64,000 nucleotides of DNA from Bacilli bacterium (GTDB lineage Bacteria > Bacillota_I > Bacilli_A > ML615J-28 > CAG-313): the NCBI GenBank assembly GCA_017411715.1, contig JAFQPO010000009.1, positions 30,732 to 94,731 on the forward strand, given 5' to 3'. A model generated the notes under the pieces. That model made no database searches, had not been told where the DNA came from, and was given only the letters and a program-made list of their open reading frames with translations. The position numbers and the translations under genes are program-made. Of the stretch, positions 9,331 to 20,073 are shown in pieces (the first letter of the stretch is position 1; the number at the start of each line of letters is the position of its first letter).

Positions 9331-10341
9331 TTATTTAGTAGATTCACGCCAAATGATATCATAATCAATCATAGTGTGAATTTCTTCAATTTCTTCATCT
9401 TCTGGTTTTTCCATTAGATCAGTTAATAAGTCCATTGCTTTTTCACCAAGTACATAAATAGGTGTATTAACAGCAGTTAATTTTGGGCGTGAAAGTTCCG
9501 CATATCTTGTATTTTGGAAACCAATAACTTGTAATTCATTTGGTAAATGAATGTGACGTAAACGTGCAACATTAATAAATGATACCGCCATTGAGTCACG
9601 AACTACGATAGCTACATCAGGATGTTCTTTTTCTAATGCTTCATCATATGACTTTTCATTAAGTTCAGTAATACCTGATACTCTTAGTATTTTAGTTTCT
9701 AAACCAGCTTCTTTCATAGCTTGTTCATAACCTTCAACTTTTAAGTCATTAACCATATATTTTCTAATAGTAGTAATCATCCAAATTTTCTTATTACCGC
9801 GAGCAATCATTTCTTTTGTAACTTCATAAGCTGCTTTACGATAGTCAATTGATACACTTGGAATACTATCTTCACTAGAAACTGAATTAGTCAATACAAC
9901 ATTCATTCCAGATTCTAAAATCAATTCAATATGTTCTTCTGTAATTTCATCATTGATGTATAAAACACCATCAACGCCACTAGCAACAACATTACCCCAT
10001 AATTCTTTTTCAAGTTCAATAGCATTTTCTTGTTTTCTAGTATTGTTAACAAATAAGCGTAATAGATAACCTCTTGTCTTAGCACAATCAGCAATCCCAT
10101 TAATCATTTCAGCAACACTGCTACGTGATAATTCAGGAACAACAACCGCAACAGTGGTAGATTTTGAACTCGCAAGTCCTTTTGCGTTTAAGTTAGGTTT
10201 ATACCCAAGTTCTTTGATAATTCTTTCTACTTTTTCACGAGTAGCAGGACGAACTTTTTCCGGATGGTTTAAAACTCTTGAAACAGTAGCTAAAGATACA
10301 CCCGCTGCACCAGCAACATCATATATTTTAATTTGATTCAT
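9331..10341 (-). CDS. ccpA: LacI-family regulator, CcpA-like
   Basis: IYDVAGAAGVSLATVSRV, YKPN..AKGLAS.KSTTV and RPKLT; murC-ccpA-tyrS order as in Bacillus. Confidence 0.8.
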   Translation of the reverse strand: MNQIKIYDVAGAAGVSLATVSRVLNHPEKVRPATREKVERIIKELGYKPNLNAKGLASSKSTTVAVVVPELSRSSVAEMINGIADCAKTRGYLLRLFVNNTRKQENAIELEKELWGNVVASGVDGVLYINDEITEEHIELILESGMNVVLTNSVSSEDSIPSVSIDYRKAAYEVTKEMIARGNKKIWMITTIRKYMVNDLKVEGYEQAMKEAGLETKILRVSGITELNEKSYDEALEKEHPDVAIVVRDSMAVSFINVARLRHIHLPNELQVIGFQNTRYAELSRPKLTAVNTPIYVLGEKAMDLLTDLMEKPEDEEIEEIHTMIDYDIIWRESTK

Positions 10342-10418
10342 AGGCTTACTCCTTTCAGAAATTATTACGCTATTATTATATCATCATTTTCATTCATTTT
10401 CAATAAAAATGAAAATAA

Positions 10419-11648
10419 TTAATCCATTTTCATAATTTCTGTTAAAGCATCCTGATAAATTGTTCCCGCCCCTAAAAATACATATATATTTTGGTTATTC
10501 AAATCTATTTTTTTAAGAATATTTTTATCATACTTTAAGAAAGAATTAAATGCTTCATCAATACCTGCTTGTAATTCTTGATTCTTTTTTTCTCTTCTTG
10601 ATGAAAAGACATCTTTAATATATACTTTATCAAACATACTAAGTACTTTTACAAATTCATCTAAATAAGCTATGGTTCTTGAATATGTATGTGGTTCAAA
10701 AAAGACAGTAACAAAAGCATCAGGATATTTATGTTTAATTGCTTGATGTACAGAACTTATTTCAGTTGGATGATGAGCATAATCAAATATAACTACTGCC
10801 TCTCCTACTTTGTATTCTTGCATTCTTCTTGTTGGCAAACTAATATTTTTAATTTTCTCATTAATTTTCATACTATCATAACCAAATATTTTTAATAATT
10901 GATATACACATATAAAATTATCAATCATATGTTCCCCATAAAAAGGTAGATTATATATTTCATTTTCAATTTGTATTTTAAACCCTAATTCATTTTTTTC
11001 TATTATTTGATAATTAACCAAATCTTTTGTAATTACAAATTTACTTTTTGTTTTTAATTTTTCAAATGCTTTGTTTACACTTTCTAAACTATCATAATAA
11101 TCAGGATGATCATAATCAATATTAGTAATAATTAAATAATCTGGGTTATATGCCAAAAAATGTTCTTTATATTCGCATGCTTCATAAATAAGATATTTAT
11201 AATCTTTAACTCCTTTCCCATATCCACTGCCAATAATACAACTAACTTCTTCTTCATCTAACATATCTACTATCATCTTAGTTGTAGTAGTTTTACCATG
11301 TGTCCCCGATACTGCTATATGAATACCTGGAAGCATACTTATAAATTCATGATAATAATAATACTCTTTATTTAATTCAATTATCTTTTTTGTCTCAATA
11401 AAATTCGCATCATAAGCACTGCTGATTATATATATACATTTTTCTTCATTAGCCTTATTTAAATGATTGTTTGCCTCAATATTAGTTTCATTAAAATTAA
11501 AAACTTTTATTTTTCTTTTCTTAAGTCCATCATTAAAATCATAATCAGATTCATAATCACTGCCCATCACTGTATGTCCTAAATCATGTAACATACAAGC
11601 TAGTGCACTCATACCTGAGCCTTTAATACCCACCAAATAATACTTCAA
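10419..11648 (-). CDS. murC: UDP-N-acetylmuramate--L-alanine ligase (divergent)
   Basis: GIKGSGMSALA, GTHGKTTT, EACEY, NIDYDHPDY, DYAHHPTE, PHTYSRT and GAG. Start reassigned to the TTG at 11648 after a GGTGA RBS. Confidence 0.9.
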   Translation of the reverse strand: MKYYLVGIKGSGMSALACMLHDLGHTVMGSDYESDYDFNDGLKKRKIKVFNFNETNIEANNHLNKANEEKCIYIISSAYDANFIETKKIIELNKEYYYYHEFISMLPGIHIAVSGTHGKTTTTKMIVDMLDEEEVSCIIGSGYGKGVKDYKYLIYEACEYKEHFLAYNPDYLIITNIDYDHPDYYDSLESVNKAFEKLKTKSKFVITKDLVNYQIIEKNELGFKIQIENEIYNLPFYGEHMIDNFICVYQLLKIFGYDSMKINEKIKNISLPTRRMQEYKVGEAVVIFDYAHHPTEISSVHQAIKHKYPDAFVTVFFEPHTYSRTIAYLDEFVKVLSMFDKVYIKDVFSSRREKKNQELQAGIDEAFNSFLKYDKNILKKIDLNNQNIYVFLGAGTIYQDALTEIMKMD

Positions 11649-11767
11649 AAAATCACCAATATCATTATATGCAAGCAGCATTTTTAAAATGTTCATCAAT
11701 TCATTAACTTATAATGGTAACAATATTTTTTCATATAAATAAAAAATACTCTGTTGCCAGAGTATTC

Positions 11768-12478
11768 TTATTTTGTATATTGATCAACGATATTTTTTAT
11801 GTCATTTATTTCAATAATATCGTATGTGTTTGTAGAATGTTTATCTAAAATTAAACAGTCTTTTATTAAAAAACATTTAATGCCTATAGAGTTTGCACAA
11901 TCCGCATCTTCATATGTATTATTTCCAAATAGTATTACTTCATCAGGTTTTAGATTAAACTTGTCTAATAGCATTTTAAAATACATTGGATTAGGTTTAC
12001 AAAAACTTGAATTTTCATATGAAGTAATATATGTAAAATCATTTGGTTTTAGATTAATAAATGAAAGTCGTGCAGCTTGAGCATCATATGGAAAGATAGG
12101 GTTAGTGGATAACACAAGTATTTTAACTTTAGTTTTACAATATTCAATAATGTCTTTAGCATATGAGTTAGTGCCACATACTTGTTTTAAATTGTAAAAT
12201 TCTTTTTTGTAGAATTCATCAAAAACGACTTTATCTTTTAATTTTTCTTTACCGAAAATTGTTTCATATGTTTTCCAAAATGTTTCTTCATTAGTACAAC
12301 TACCATCATTTAGATACATTGCTTTTGTCCCACTCATAATAGCATTAATAAAACTATTTTGTTCATATCCAAGTGGAGCAGCTTTTTCATAAAGAAGTTT
12401 GAAATACGCTTTAGTAAAATAAGATTCATCAAGTGGAAGAAGCGTTCCATCTAAATCGAAGAATATCGCTTTTATCAT
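11768..12478 (-). CDS. HAD-family hydrolase
   Basis: FDLDGTLLP, STNP, KPNP and GN...D. Start at 12478 overlaps the upstream stop (ATGA). Confidence 0.9.
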   Translation of the reverse strand: MIKAIFFDLDGTLLPLDESYFTKAYFKLLYEKAAPLGYEQNSFINAIMSGTKAMYLNDGSCTNEETFWKTYETIFGKEKLKDKVVFDEFYKKEFYNLKQVCGTNSYAKDIIEYCKTKVKILVLSTNPIFPYDAQAARLSFINLKPNDFTYITSYENSSFCKPNPMYFKMLLDKFNLKPDEVILFGNNTYEDADCANSIGIKCFLIKDCLILDKHSTNTYDIIEINDIKNIVDQYTK

Positions 12479-14727
12479 TGTTCTCCCCAAATTACATTAC
12501 TTGATGTAGTAAACATACTATCCCAACCTTCAGGTAATGATGTATATTCAATATAAATGGCTAAATCTCCACACCCCGCAAATACCATTGTACCCATCTT
12601 AGTAATTGCTTTAGATAAATATATACTACTTAAACTATCAGTATTGTAGAAAGCAAATTCTTTAATTTCTGTAACTGATGTTGGTAAATCAAAATATGTT
12701 AGTTTGCTTAAGTCACTAAATGCATATTTGCCAATACTAGTTACAGTATTTGATAAGATTACTTTTTCTAAATTTTGAAGTTGATAGAAAGCATAATCTG
12801 GAATATATGTAGCCTTAGTAATTTTAATTTCTTTTAAGTAGATTAATTTATTATATTGTTCATTATTTTTTGTAAGACCAAATAAAACACCAATAAATCC
12901 ATTACCATTAACTGTAGGAATATATGGGATTGTTAATTTAGTAATATAATAATCACCAAATAATATTTCGCTACCGATAAATGTTATTGAATCAGGCAAA
13001 TGGAATTCACGCAAAGATGAACAATTAGCAAATGCTAAACTACCAATACTTTGTACCATATTACCAAAAGAAATACTTTCAATATATGAACATCCTGAAA
13101 AAGCATTTTCGCCAATATATAAAATACTATTAGGTAAAGATACTTGTTTAATACTTTGATTGTTTTCAAAAGCATCAGATGCAATACCTATAAAACCATT
13201 AGGAATCTTTAGTGCTGTGATATTAGAATCAGCTCCCATAATCCAGCTTCCTAAGTAATAGTATCCTTCGTTTGTTTTGTTATATTGTAAACTAGTACAT
13301 CCACTAAATGCTTTAACACTTAGTGATTTTACTGATTGTGGTAGATTAATATTTTTTAAATTAGTACATTTTGAAAATGCACCCGCTACAATAACTTCAA
13401 CTGTATTTGGTAATTGAACAGTTACAAGATTAGCACATTCTGAGAATGTTGTTGTGTTTAATGTTGTAATTTGTGTGTTAGCAAGATTAGCATTTTCAAT
13501 ATTTGTTAAGGCAAAACTTCCTACGCCAATGCTTTTTACACTACTTCCAAGTTCTAATTTTTTAAGTCCTGTTTTCGCAAACGCAAAGTTACCAATTGTT
13601 TCAAGTGCCAATAATTTATCTAAATTAATTTCAACAAGTCCAGAATTCATAAATGCATAATCATTAATACTTTTAACTGTACTTGGTAAAGTAACTTTTG
13701 TTAAAGCAAGGCAACCATTGAAAGCAAATTCACCAACATTAATTAAACCTTCTCTTAATATAACATTAGTCAAAGCGATACATCCATGAAATGATTTAGG
13801 ACCAATAGTAGTTAATTTTGAACCTTGTTCAAATGTTACTTTTTCTAATCCTAAAGCTTTTTCAAAGCATGATTCTTCTAAAGTAGTCACACTTTTTGGC
13901 ACTACTATTTCTTTTAACAAAACACAATTTTCAAATGCTCTTGTCCCAATAGTAGTTAGATTACTAGCTAAATTAACACTTTTTAGATTGACACATCCGT
14001 TAAATACTTTTTCTTCTATTGCTTCTGCTTCTTCAATAACAATGCTTTTTAACATAGTACAATTAGAAAAAGCACCATATGATAGTCTTTTAGCATTTGT
14101 AATAACAACACTATCTAATAAGATTGGGATAAAGAAATTTGATTCTTGTTCATCGCCAAAAATATGTGTGATTTCACTACAATTAGGTTTAGTATGATTA
14201 CCAAAGAAATAACCTAATGTTCCTTTATCGTAATCGCTAGTTCTTTTTTCACCAACATAAGGTGTAGTTATTTTTGATAAACTAGTTGCGCCTGAGAATA
14301 TTCCATATCCAAAACGTTCAATTGACTTAGGTAATGTAACGCTATTTAAAGCAGTACAATTTTCAAATGCATAACTATCAATTTCTTTAATTCCTTCAGC
14401 AAATTCAACTTTTGATAAATTGCTGCATCCTTTAAAGGCATATTCGCCAATATATTTTATGCTTTCTGGAATATATATGTACTCTAATTTTGTGCACCCT
14501 TCAAATGTATTATTTTTAATCCCTACTACAGGTAAGTCGTCATATGAACTTGGTACTATTACATCACTTTTTAATTTCTTCTCTTTATAATCGACAACTA
14601 AATATCCATCACCACTTGAATTACGTTCAAAGATAAGATATTTTTCAGCACCTTTTTTACAAGAAACAAGTGTTGTAAAAAACAACCCTACAATAAATAC
14701 CACTACTAAATATTTTAAATATTTCAT
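12475..14727 (-). CDS. BspA-type leucine-rich-repeat lipoprotein
   Basis: Lipobox (LVSC) and many C..L..I.LP..V..IG..AF repeats. Confidence 0.92.
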   Translation of the reverse strand: MKYLKYLVVVFIVGLFFTTLVSCKKGAEKYLIFERNSSGDGYLVVDYKEKKLKSDVIVPSSYDDLPVVGIKNNTFEGCTKLEYIYIPESIKYIGEYAFKGCSNLSKVEFAEGIKEIDSYAFENCTALNSVTLPKSIERFGYGIFSGATSLSKITTPYVGEKRTSDYDKGTLGYFFGNHTKPNCSEITHIFGDEQESNFFIPILLDSVVITNAKRLSYGAFSNCTMLKSIVIEEAEAIEEKVFNGCVNLKSVNLASNLTTIGTRAFENCVLLKEIVVPKSVTTLEESCFEKALGLEKVTFEQGSKLTTIGPKSFHGCIALTNVILREGLINVGEFAFNGCLALTKVTLPSTVKSINDYAFMNSGLVEINLDKLLALETIGNFAFAKTGLKKLELGSSVKSIGVGSFALTNIENANLANTQITTLNTTTFSECANLVTVQLPNTVEVIVAGAFSKCTNLKNINLPQSVKSLSVKAFSGCTSLQYNKTNEGYYYLGSWIMGADSNITALKIPNGFIGIASDAFENNQSIKQVSLPNSILYIGENAFSGCSYIESISFGNMVQSIGSLAFANCSSLREFHLPDSITFIGSEILFGDYYITKLTIPYIPTVNGNGFIGVLFGLTKNNEQYNKLIYLKEIKITKATYIPDYAFYQLQNLEKVILSNTVTSIGKYAFSDLSKLTYFDLPTSVTEIKEFAFYNTDSLSSIYLSKAITKMGTMVFAGCGDLAIYIEYTSLPEGWDSMFTTSSNVIWGEQ

Positions 14728-14810
14728 AATGCCCCCTTGTTATATATGATTGTGTATATTATATCATCTTTTCTATTTTTTTGCAAGAAAAAGTCGGTAT
14801 TTAATACCGA

Positions 14811-17501
14811 CTATTTTTCCCATTTTGCGTATACTTCCGTAACGCCATGATTTTCTAATTGTTTAACACTATAAACTTGTGTTGTGAAATTACTATCAAT
14901 ATACCATCCAGCAAACTTGTATCCTTCTTTATAAGGTGTTTTTAAGTTTGTATTAACAGTATATAATATTTCATTACTTGTATCTAAATAATTAATAACA
15001 TCTTCAAAGATAGTAGAAACTGAAGCATCAATTGCAACTTCTGTATCACTTAATGCATTTTGTTTTAAGAAAAGTACGCCAAGTGCTTTAGATACATATT
15101 CTAAGTCGCCACTTTCTTTATTGATAACTCTTAGTGATTGAATATCAAGTCCTCTACTATTAGAAACCGCATTAAAATATTCCATTAAGAATACCCATTT
15201 CTCATACATTTCACCGTTTTGATAGAAGTTATATAAGCTCTTCATCAAACTATATCTACTATTAATAAACGCATTTGGATCACTTATATCAATTGATGTA
15301 TATGAATCAAAGTCAGAAACAAATTGTTGATACATATCTTCAAAAGAAGTAAATGAAGCAAAAGTTCCACCATTTAAATTATACTTAACTAAGATATCTG
15401 CTTTAATTCCACCTTCAGTCATTACTTCACTGTTAAGTAGTTTATCATATAATGTTACTAAAGGTTTTGCCTCTTCTGGTAAACTATCATACATATATCT
15501 AGCTTTCGCTACAATCTTAGCATCTTCATCTTCAAGTGTTGGCATTAGATTATTAATAATAACATCAACTGTTGCGGCTAAATCTTTGTTCATTGCTTCT
15601 ACATCTTCAACCCATTTTGCGTATAATACAACTTTACCATCCACATATGAATCTAATACTGATTGTGTAATAGTTGTAACTTTATTTCCACTATAATCAC
15701 TATTGGTATACCAACCATCAAATATATATCCGCGTTTAGATATGTTAGTAGGTAATTCTAAACCAAGTTCTAATTTTTCTGGTAAATCACAATATAATAC
15801 ACCAGGGATATGATTAAAACAATCTAACATTCTCTCAGTTTTAACATATGTTGTTTCATTTGTATAATAGAAGAATTTACTTGTGTCAACCATAGGTGCC
15901 CATGCTTCTGCGAAAATATCAGCTCCGCGATTAGTTTCAGTTGCATAATGCTCATCAATTCTCCAATACGCAAAGAATCTTACTAAGAATTCTAAGAATT
16001 CAGTATATTTATTATTTTGATACATATATCCAAAAAATTTAGTTGTTGGTTGATCTTTTAGTAACCCGTTGTAGTCTCTTTGTAAATAGTAGTTACCAGC
16101 AATATTACCTATACCACGCATTGTAGTAGTGCCACCACCATTTGGATTAACTCCTAAAACTAAGAAATCCTCAAGTGAATTAACATTATTTTTTTGAAGA
16201 TGAGCTTCTCCGCCACTTGCTAAAATAAAATAATAAAGATCAGTATAATAACTATTATATAAATCTTCTTTTGTTTCAAAGACATCTTGGCCAAGAACAT
16301 ATGCAATTTCTTGTTTATTACTTCTAATATTTTCAATAGTTTGTAAAGCACTTGTTAAAACATCAACATTTGAAACATATAAAAGTGATTCTTCAGGCAA
16401 AGCATCATATTCACTTTTAATACTTCTAACTGCTTCTTCATCATCTAAATCAATATACTTAGATAAAAGATTAATTTTCGCATTTACGCTTTCAGCTAAG
16501 CCTCTAAAATATTCTTCATTAAATGATTCTAATATTTCATTTAGTTTACTAACATTACTAATATTATCTTTAACATATGAAATACTTGATAAATATAATT
16601 CATTTACTTGTTTTACTTCTTCTAATGTTGGATTTTCTAATCCTTCTATCATTGATTCTAGACTTTGAATTTCATCAGCAATCCACTCATTTGCTTGTGC
16701 AAGTTTTGCTATTACATCATTTAATGAAAGCTCATTAAAATACTTTTCTTCATCTTCTGGCCAATAATTTTTTTCATATTCGGCAATAGCTTTTTCTTTT
16801 GCTAAGAGTTCTGCTTTATATATATTCTTTTCATCAGCAATCTTTGACTTAATAGTTCTAATATTATCAAGATATAATCTTTCATCTTTTGATAATTCTA
16901 GATATCTTGATTCAAGATCAAGTAGTTCTTCTAAAGTTTCTGCGATCAATGCATCCGCATCAATTTTTTCAATTAAAATTAATCTTTCTGATTTTGCAAA
17001 AACAGGATATAATTTAATATTGCCTAAATCGCTGCTTGTATCAAAAGTAGTATATATAATATCAGATTCTTTAATTGTCCATCCTAAGAAGATATATAAT
17101 TCTTGTTCTAAAACTGGTAGATTAATAACTCCATCTTTTTTAGTATACGATGTTTTTGCGTTTTCAATTTCTAAATCTGTTACATATTCAATTGTATATG
17201 TTTTAATATCTTCTTCAAATACAGGATATAGTCTTAAATGGCCTAGACCTGCTTTACTATCAACTTGAGTAATAATTTCAGTTGAACCTTCAATTGTCCA
17301 TCCTAGAAATAAATATCCTTCTTTTTCAATAACTGGCAAATCAAAAATACCACTTGTCTCATCATATGAAGTTTTAGCATCAATTATTTCAATATCTGTT
17401 ATGTATTTAATTGTATATTTTGTTTGCTGATTAGAAGTTATACCACAACTTGCTAATACAACAATACTAAAAAGTAATAAAAATACTTTTATTTTTTTCA
17501 T
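14811..17501 (-). CDS. Large lipoprotein with InlB B-repeat-like domains and helical repeats
   Basis: Lipobox LASC; repeated K.GY.F.GW / LY..W motifs; two adjacent ~72-aa N-terminal repeats. Confidence 0.8.
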   Translation of the reverse strand: MKKIKVFLLLFSIVVLASCGITSNQQTKYTIKYITDIEIIDAKTSYDETSGIFDLPVIEKEGYLFLGWTIEGSTEIITQVDSKAGLGHLRLYPVFEEDIKTYTIEYVTDLEIENAKTSYTKKDGVINLPVLEQELYIFLGWTIKESDIIYTTFDTSSDLGNIKLYPVFAKSERLILIEKIDADALIAETLEELLDLESRYLELSKDERLYLDNIRTIKSKIADEKNIYKAELLAKEKAIAEYEKNYWPEDEEKYFNELSLNDVIAKLAQANEWIADEIQSLESMIEGLENPTLEEVKQVNELYLSSISYVKDNISNVSKLNEILESFNEEYFRGLAESVNAKINLLSKYIDLDDEEAVRSIKSEYDALPEESLLYVSNVDVLTSALQTIENIRSNKQEIAYVLGQDVFETKEDLYNSYYTDLYYFILASGGEAHLQKNNVNSLEDFLVLGVNPNGGGTTTMRGIGNIAGNYYLQRDYNGLLKDQPTTKFFGYMYQNNKYTEFLEFLVRFFAYWRIDEHYATETNRGADIFAEAWAPMVDTSKFFYYTNETTYVKTERMLDCFNHIPGVLYCDLPEKLELGLELPTNISKRGYIFDGWYTNSDYSGNKVTTITQSVLDSYVDGKVVLYAKWVEDVEAMNKDLAATVDVIINNLMPTLEDEDAKIVAKARYMYDSLPEEAKPLVTLYDKLLNSEVMTEGGIKADILVKYNLNGGTFASFTSFEDMYQQFVSDFDSYTSIDISDPNAFINSRYSLMKSLYNFYQNGEMYEKWVFLMEYFNAVSNSRGLDIQSLRVINKESGDLEYVSKALGVLFLKQNALSDTEVAIDASVSTIFEDVINYLDTSNEILYTVNTNLKTPYKEGYKFAGWYIDSNFTTQVYSVKQLENHGVTEVYAKWEK

Positions 17502-17842
17502 TTTTTCCCCCTCTTTTTTAATAATAATTCAACTGGTAATAAAGTACCTAAAACAAGTGCTCCTAATTGAACAAATACTATTGTTGTAACTGTATAAAAA
17601 CCAAATTCATTTTTTTCTTTTAAAAGAAAATAAGTAATTATTGTTGCCGCTAACATAGCTGCGCCTAAAATTACTGATATAAATCCACTAACCTTTTGTG
17701 CATAATCCCATGAATCTTGATCTTGCATTGATCTATTAGAGCGATATCCATACATTGAATTAATATTTTTAGGTGGAAAGTAATATAATATTAGTCCCAT
17801 TATAATTGTAGTGATAGGTATTATTCCAATTAGCATATTCAT
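17498..17842 (-). CDS. SdpI-family membrane protein
   Basis: PPKNINSMYGYRS.RSM..Q..WDYAQ signature and three hydrophobic segments. Confidence 0.85.
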   Translation of the reverse strand: MNMLIGIIPITTIIMGLILYYFPPKNINSMYGYRSNRSMQDQDSWDYAQKVSGFISVILGAAMLAATIITYFLLKEKNEFGFYTVTTIVFVQLGALVLGTLLPVELLLKKRGKK

Positions 17843-17908
17843 TTCTCCTTTTTTAAAATTATATCATAAATCAGTAAATTTGTAAAGAAAAAGTAGATAA
17901 TAAATTAT

Positions 17909-18454
17909 CTACTTCAAGTCTTTATAAACATATTGTTTCATTGTCGAAATAACAACACAAGCTAAAATCATACATAAAATAGTTGATGGGAATAAATATG
18001 TCACATTATACAAAACAGAACCGATGAAATCTACGCCATAGTATACTGTACCAGAAATACTTGCAAGTAGTAATCTAAGTGCCCCACCTAGTAAAATACC
18101 TAAACATATATAATCATTCTTTATACCACCTTCACTATTTTTAACTTGGTTAAAGAATATTCCGGCAAATCCTGTAACTAAATAAGCAGCAGGATAATCT
18201 ATAATAGCTTGTACAGGATGTACAAAACCATCTGCCCATAAAAGTTGAATACTACCTACAAGTAATCCACATAGTAATCCACCTTTTAATCCATGACGAT
18301 AGCACATAATAAAAATCGGTAACATGGCAATTGAAATACTTCCACCATTTAACCATGCAAAGCCATAAAGACCACAGAAGAAATCAAACGCAAGTGCTAG
18401 TGCGCTAAATACTGCAACCTCTACAACGAATAAAATTGTTTTTCTTCCTTTCAT
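17909..18454 (-). CDS. thiT: ECF S-component thiamine transporter ThiT
   Basis: GGSISIAMLP, HPVQAIIDY and YN.TY motifs; upstream TPP riboswitch. Confidence 0.9.
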   Translation of the reverse strand: MKGRKTILFVVEVAVFSALALAFDFFCGLYGFAWLNGGSISIAMLPIFIMCYRHGLKGGLLCGLLVGSIQLLWADGFVHPVQAIIDYPAAYLVTGFAGIFFNQVKNSEGGIKNDYICLGILLGGALRLLLASISGTVYYGVDFIGSVLYNVTYLFPSTILCMILACVVISTMKQYVYKDLK

Positions 18455-18516
18455 AAAAAATCACCTCAAAAAATTAATTTTCAAGGTAAGCAAATGTATT
18501 CAAATATATATAACTC

Positions 18517-18612
18517 ATATATCTTCCTACGCTAGCATTACCTAGATCAGGTTATCGGGTCGTTAATATCATTAACCTCTCAGCCCATAAACTAGAGCTC
18601 CCCGTAATATGA
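18517..18612 (-). ncRNA. TPP riboswitch
   Basis: Minus strand reads GGGGAGC...GCTGAGAG...GACCC...ACCTGATCTAGGTAATGCTAGCGTAGGAAG, the canonical TPP core, directly 5' of thiT. Confidence 0.95.
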
Positions 18613-18658
18613 CAATAATATTATAGCACAAATTAAATTAGTTTTCAATAAAAAAGAA

Positions 18659-18683
18659 AAAAAGTAGGTATATTACCTACTTT
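18659..18683 (-). terminator. Intrinsic terminator of rplS
   Basis: AAAGTAGG-N-CCTACTTT hairpin with a T-run on the minus strand. Confidence 0.8.
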
Positions 18684-18693
18684 ATTTTCAAAA

Positions 18694-19041
18694 CTAACGA
18701 CGTTCTTTGATACGAGCGGCTTTAGCAGAAAGAGTACGAATGTAATGTAATTTAGCACGACGTACTTTACCATGACGAGTTACTTCAATTTTAGCAACCA
18801 TTGGTGTATGAATTGGGAAAGTTCTTTCAACACCTACACCGTAAGAAATTTTACGTACTGTGTAAGTTTCACTAATTCCTCCACCACGACGAGCGATTAC
18901 TAAACCTTCGAAGATTTGGATTCTTTCTCTGTCGCCTTCTTTGATTCTAACGTGTACTTTAACACTGTCACCAGCTCTAAATGCAGGAACATCACTCTTT
19001 AAGTAAGGTGCTGTAACAGCATTAATTAATTGTTGACTCAT
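18694..19041 (-). CDS. rplS: 50S ribosomal protein L19
   Basis: [22 protein letters not shown] and GKVRRAKL; ATG at 19041 after AAGGAG. Confidence 0.98.
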   Translation of the reverse strand: MSQQLINAVTAPYLKSDVPAFRAGDSVKVHVRIKEGDRERIQIFEGLVIARRGGGISETYTVRKISYGVGVERTFPIHTPMVAKIEVTRHGKVRRAKLHYIRTLSAKAARIKERR

Positions 19042-19063
19042 ATATAACACTCCTTATTTTTTA

Positions 19064-19102
19064 TTTATTCATACCTATCATGACAATAGTAGCGGAATAG
19101 AC
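19064..19102 (-). ncRNA. L19 leader-like autoregulatory hairpin
   Basis: TATTCCGCT-(inner hairpin)-ATGAATA just upstream of the rplS RBS matches the GTTCCGCT...ATGAAC pattern of Firmicute L19 leaders. Confidence 0.7.
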
Positions 19103-19204
19103 TATATTATTATACCAAATTTATTAAATAATTTCAAGTAATTTATCTTGAGATTTTTGAAAAATTATAATATAATATATATGATATAAATGAGGTGAGA
19201 GATT

Positions 19205-20050
19205 ATGGCTTTAATAATTGGCGAAATCAATGAACTTGTAGTTAAAAAAGAAACAGACATCAGTTATACTTTAGTTAAAGGCGATGAAGAAGTATTCTTA
19301 CACTTTAACCAAACTCCTAAAAAATTGAAAATCGGTGAAGTCGTTAATGCTTTCTTATACTTTGACCAAAAGAAAAGACTTTGTGCAACTCTTGAGGTAC
19401 CGACTGTCACTACTACTAAATGGGGTTATGGTGAAGTTGTTGATGTTAATGAAAACATCGGTATTTTTGTTAATATTGGAATTAATAAAGATATCTTACT
19501 ATCTTTTGACTATTTACCAAAAAATCCTAAATTTTGGCCAATGATTGGAACAAAAGTTCCATGTATTTTAAAAGCTAAAACAAACCAGTTAGTGGCAAAA
19601 ATAGTTTCTAAAGAAGATCACCTTCCTAAAACTAAAGGTTATTCTGTAAATGATCAAACTGAAGGCATTATTACTAAACTGACTTTTGATGGCGCAACTT
19701 GTTTTGATGAATGTGGAAACTTTATTTTTATTTATAAATCTCTTCTTCGTGGTAATCATTATATAGGAGAAAGAATTAACTTCACAATCATCAATATCAA
19801 TGAACATGGTTTTTATAATGCGACTACAATTGAAAGAAAAGAAAATGCTAGACTTACAGACTCTGATACAATTCTAAACTATCTAAGAACTAGAGGCGGT
19901 ATTACTTCTGTTGGTAATAAAAGCAGTGCTGAAGATATTTATCGAATTTTTAAATTAAGTAAAAGTGCTTTTAAAAGAGCAACTGGCCACTTATATAAAG
20001 AAAGATTAATTATAATTGAAGATTACAAGATAATTTTAAATGAAGAATAA
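19205..20050 (+). CDS. cvfB: CvfB-family S1-domain RNA-binding protein
   Basis: V.AFLYFD...RL.AT, G.F.NIG.NKD.L and C-terminal F.LSK.AFKRA.G.LYK winged helix. Confidence 0.85.
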   Translation: MALIIGEINELVVKKETDISYTLVKGDEEVFLHFNQTPKKLKIGEVVNAFLYFDQKKRLCATLEVPTVTTTKWGYGEVVDVNENIGIFVNIGINKDILLSFDYLPKNPKFWPMIGTKVPCILKAKTNQLVAKIVSKEDHLPKTKGYSVNDQTEGIITKLTFDGATCFDECGNFIFIYKSLLRGNHYIGERINFTIININEHGFYNATTIERKENARLTDSDTILNYLRTRGGITSVGNKSSAEDIYRIFKLSKSAFKRATGHLYKERLIIIEDYKIILNEE

Positions 20051-20073
20051 AACTAAAGAAAGTAGATGATAGT

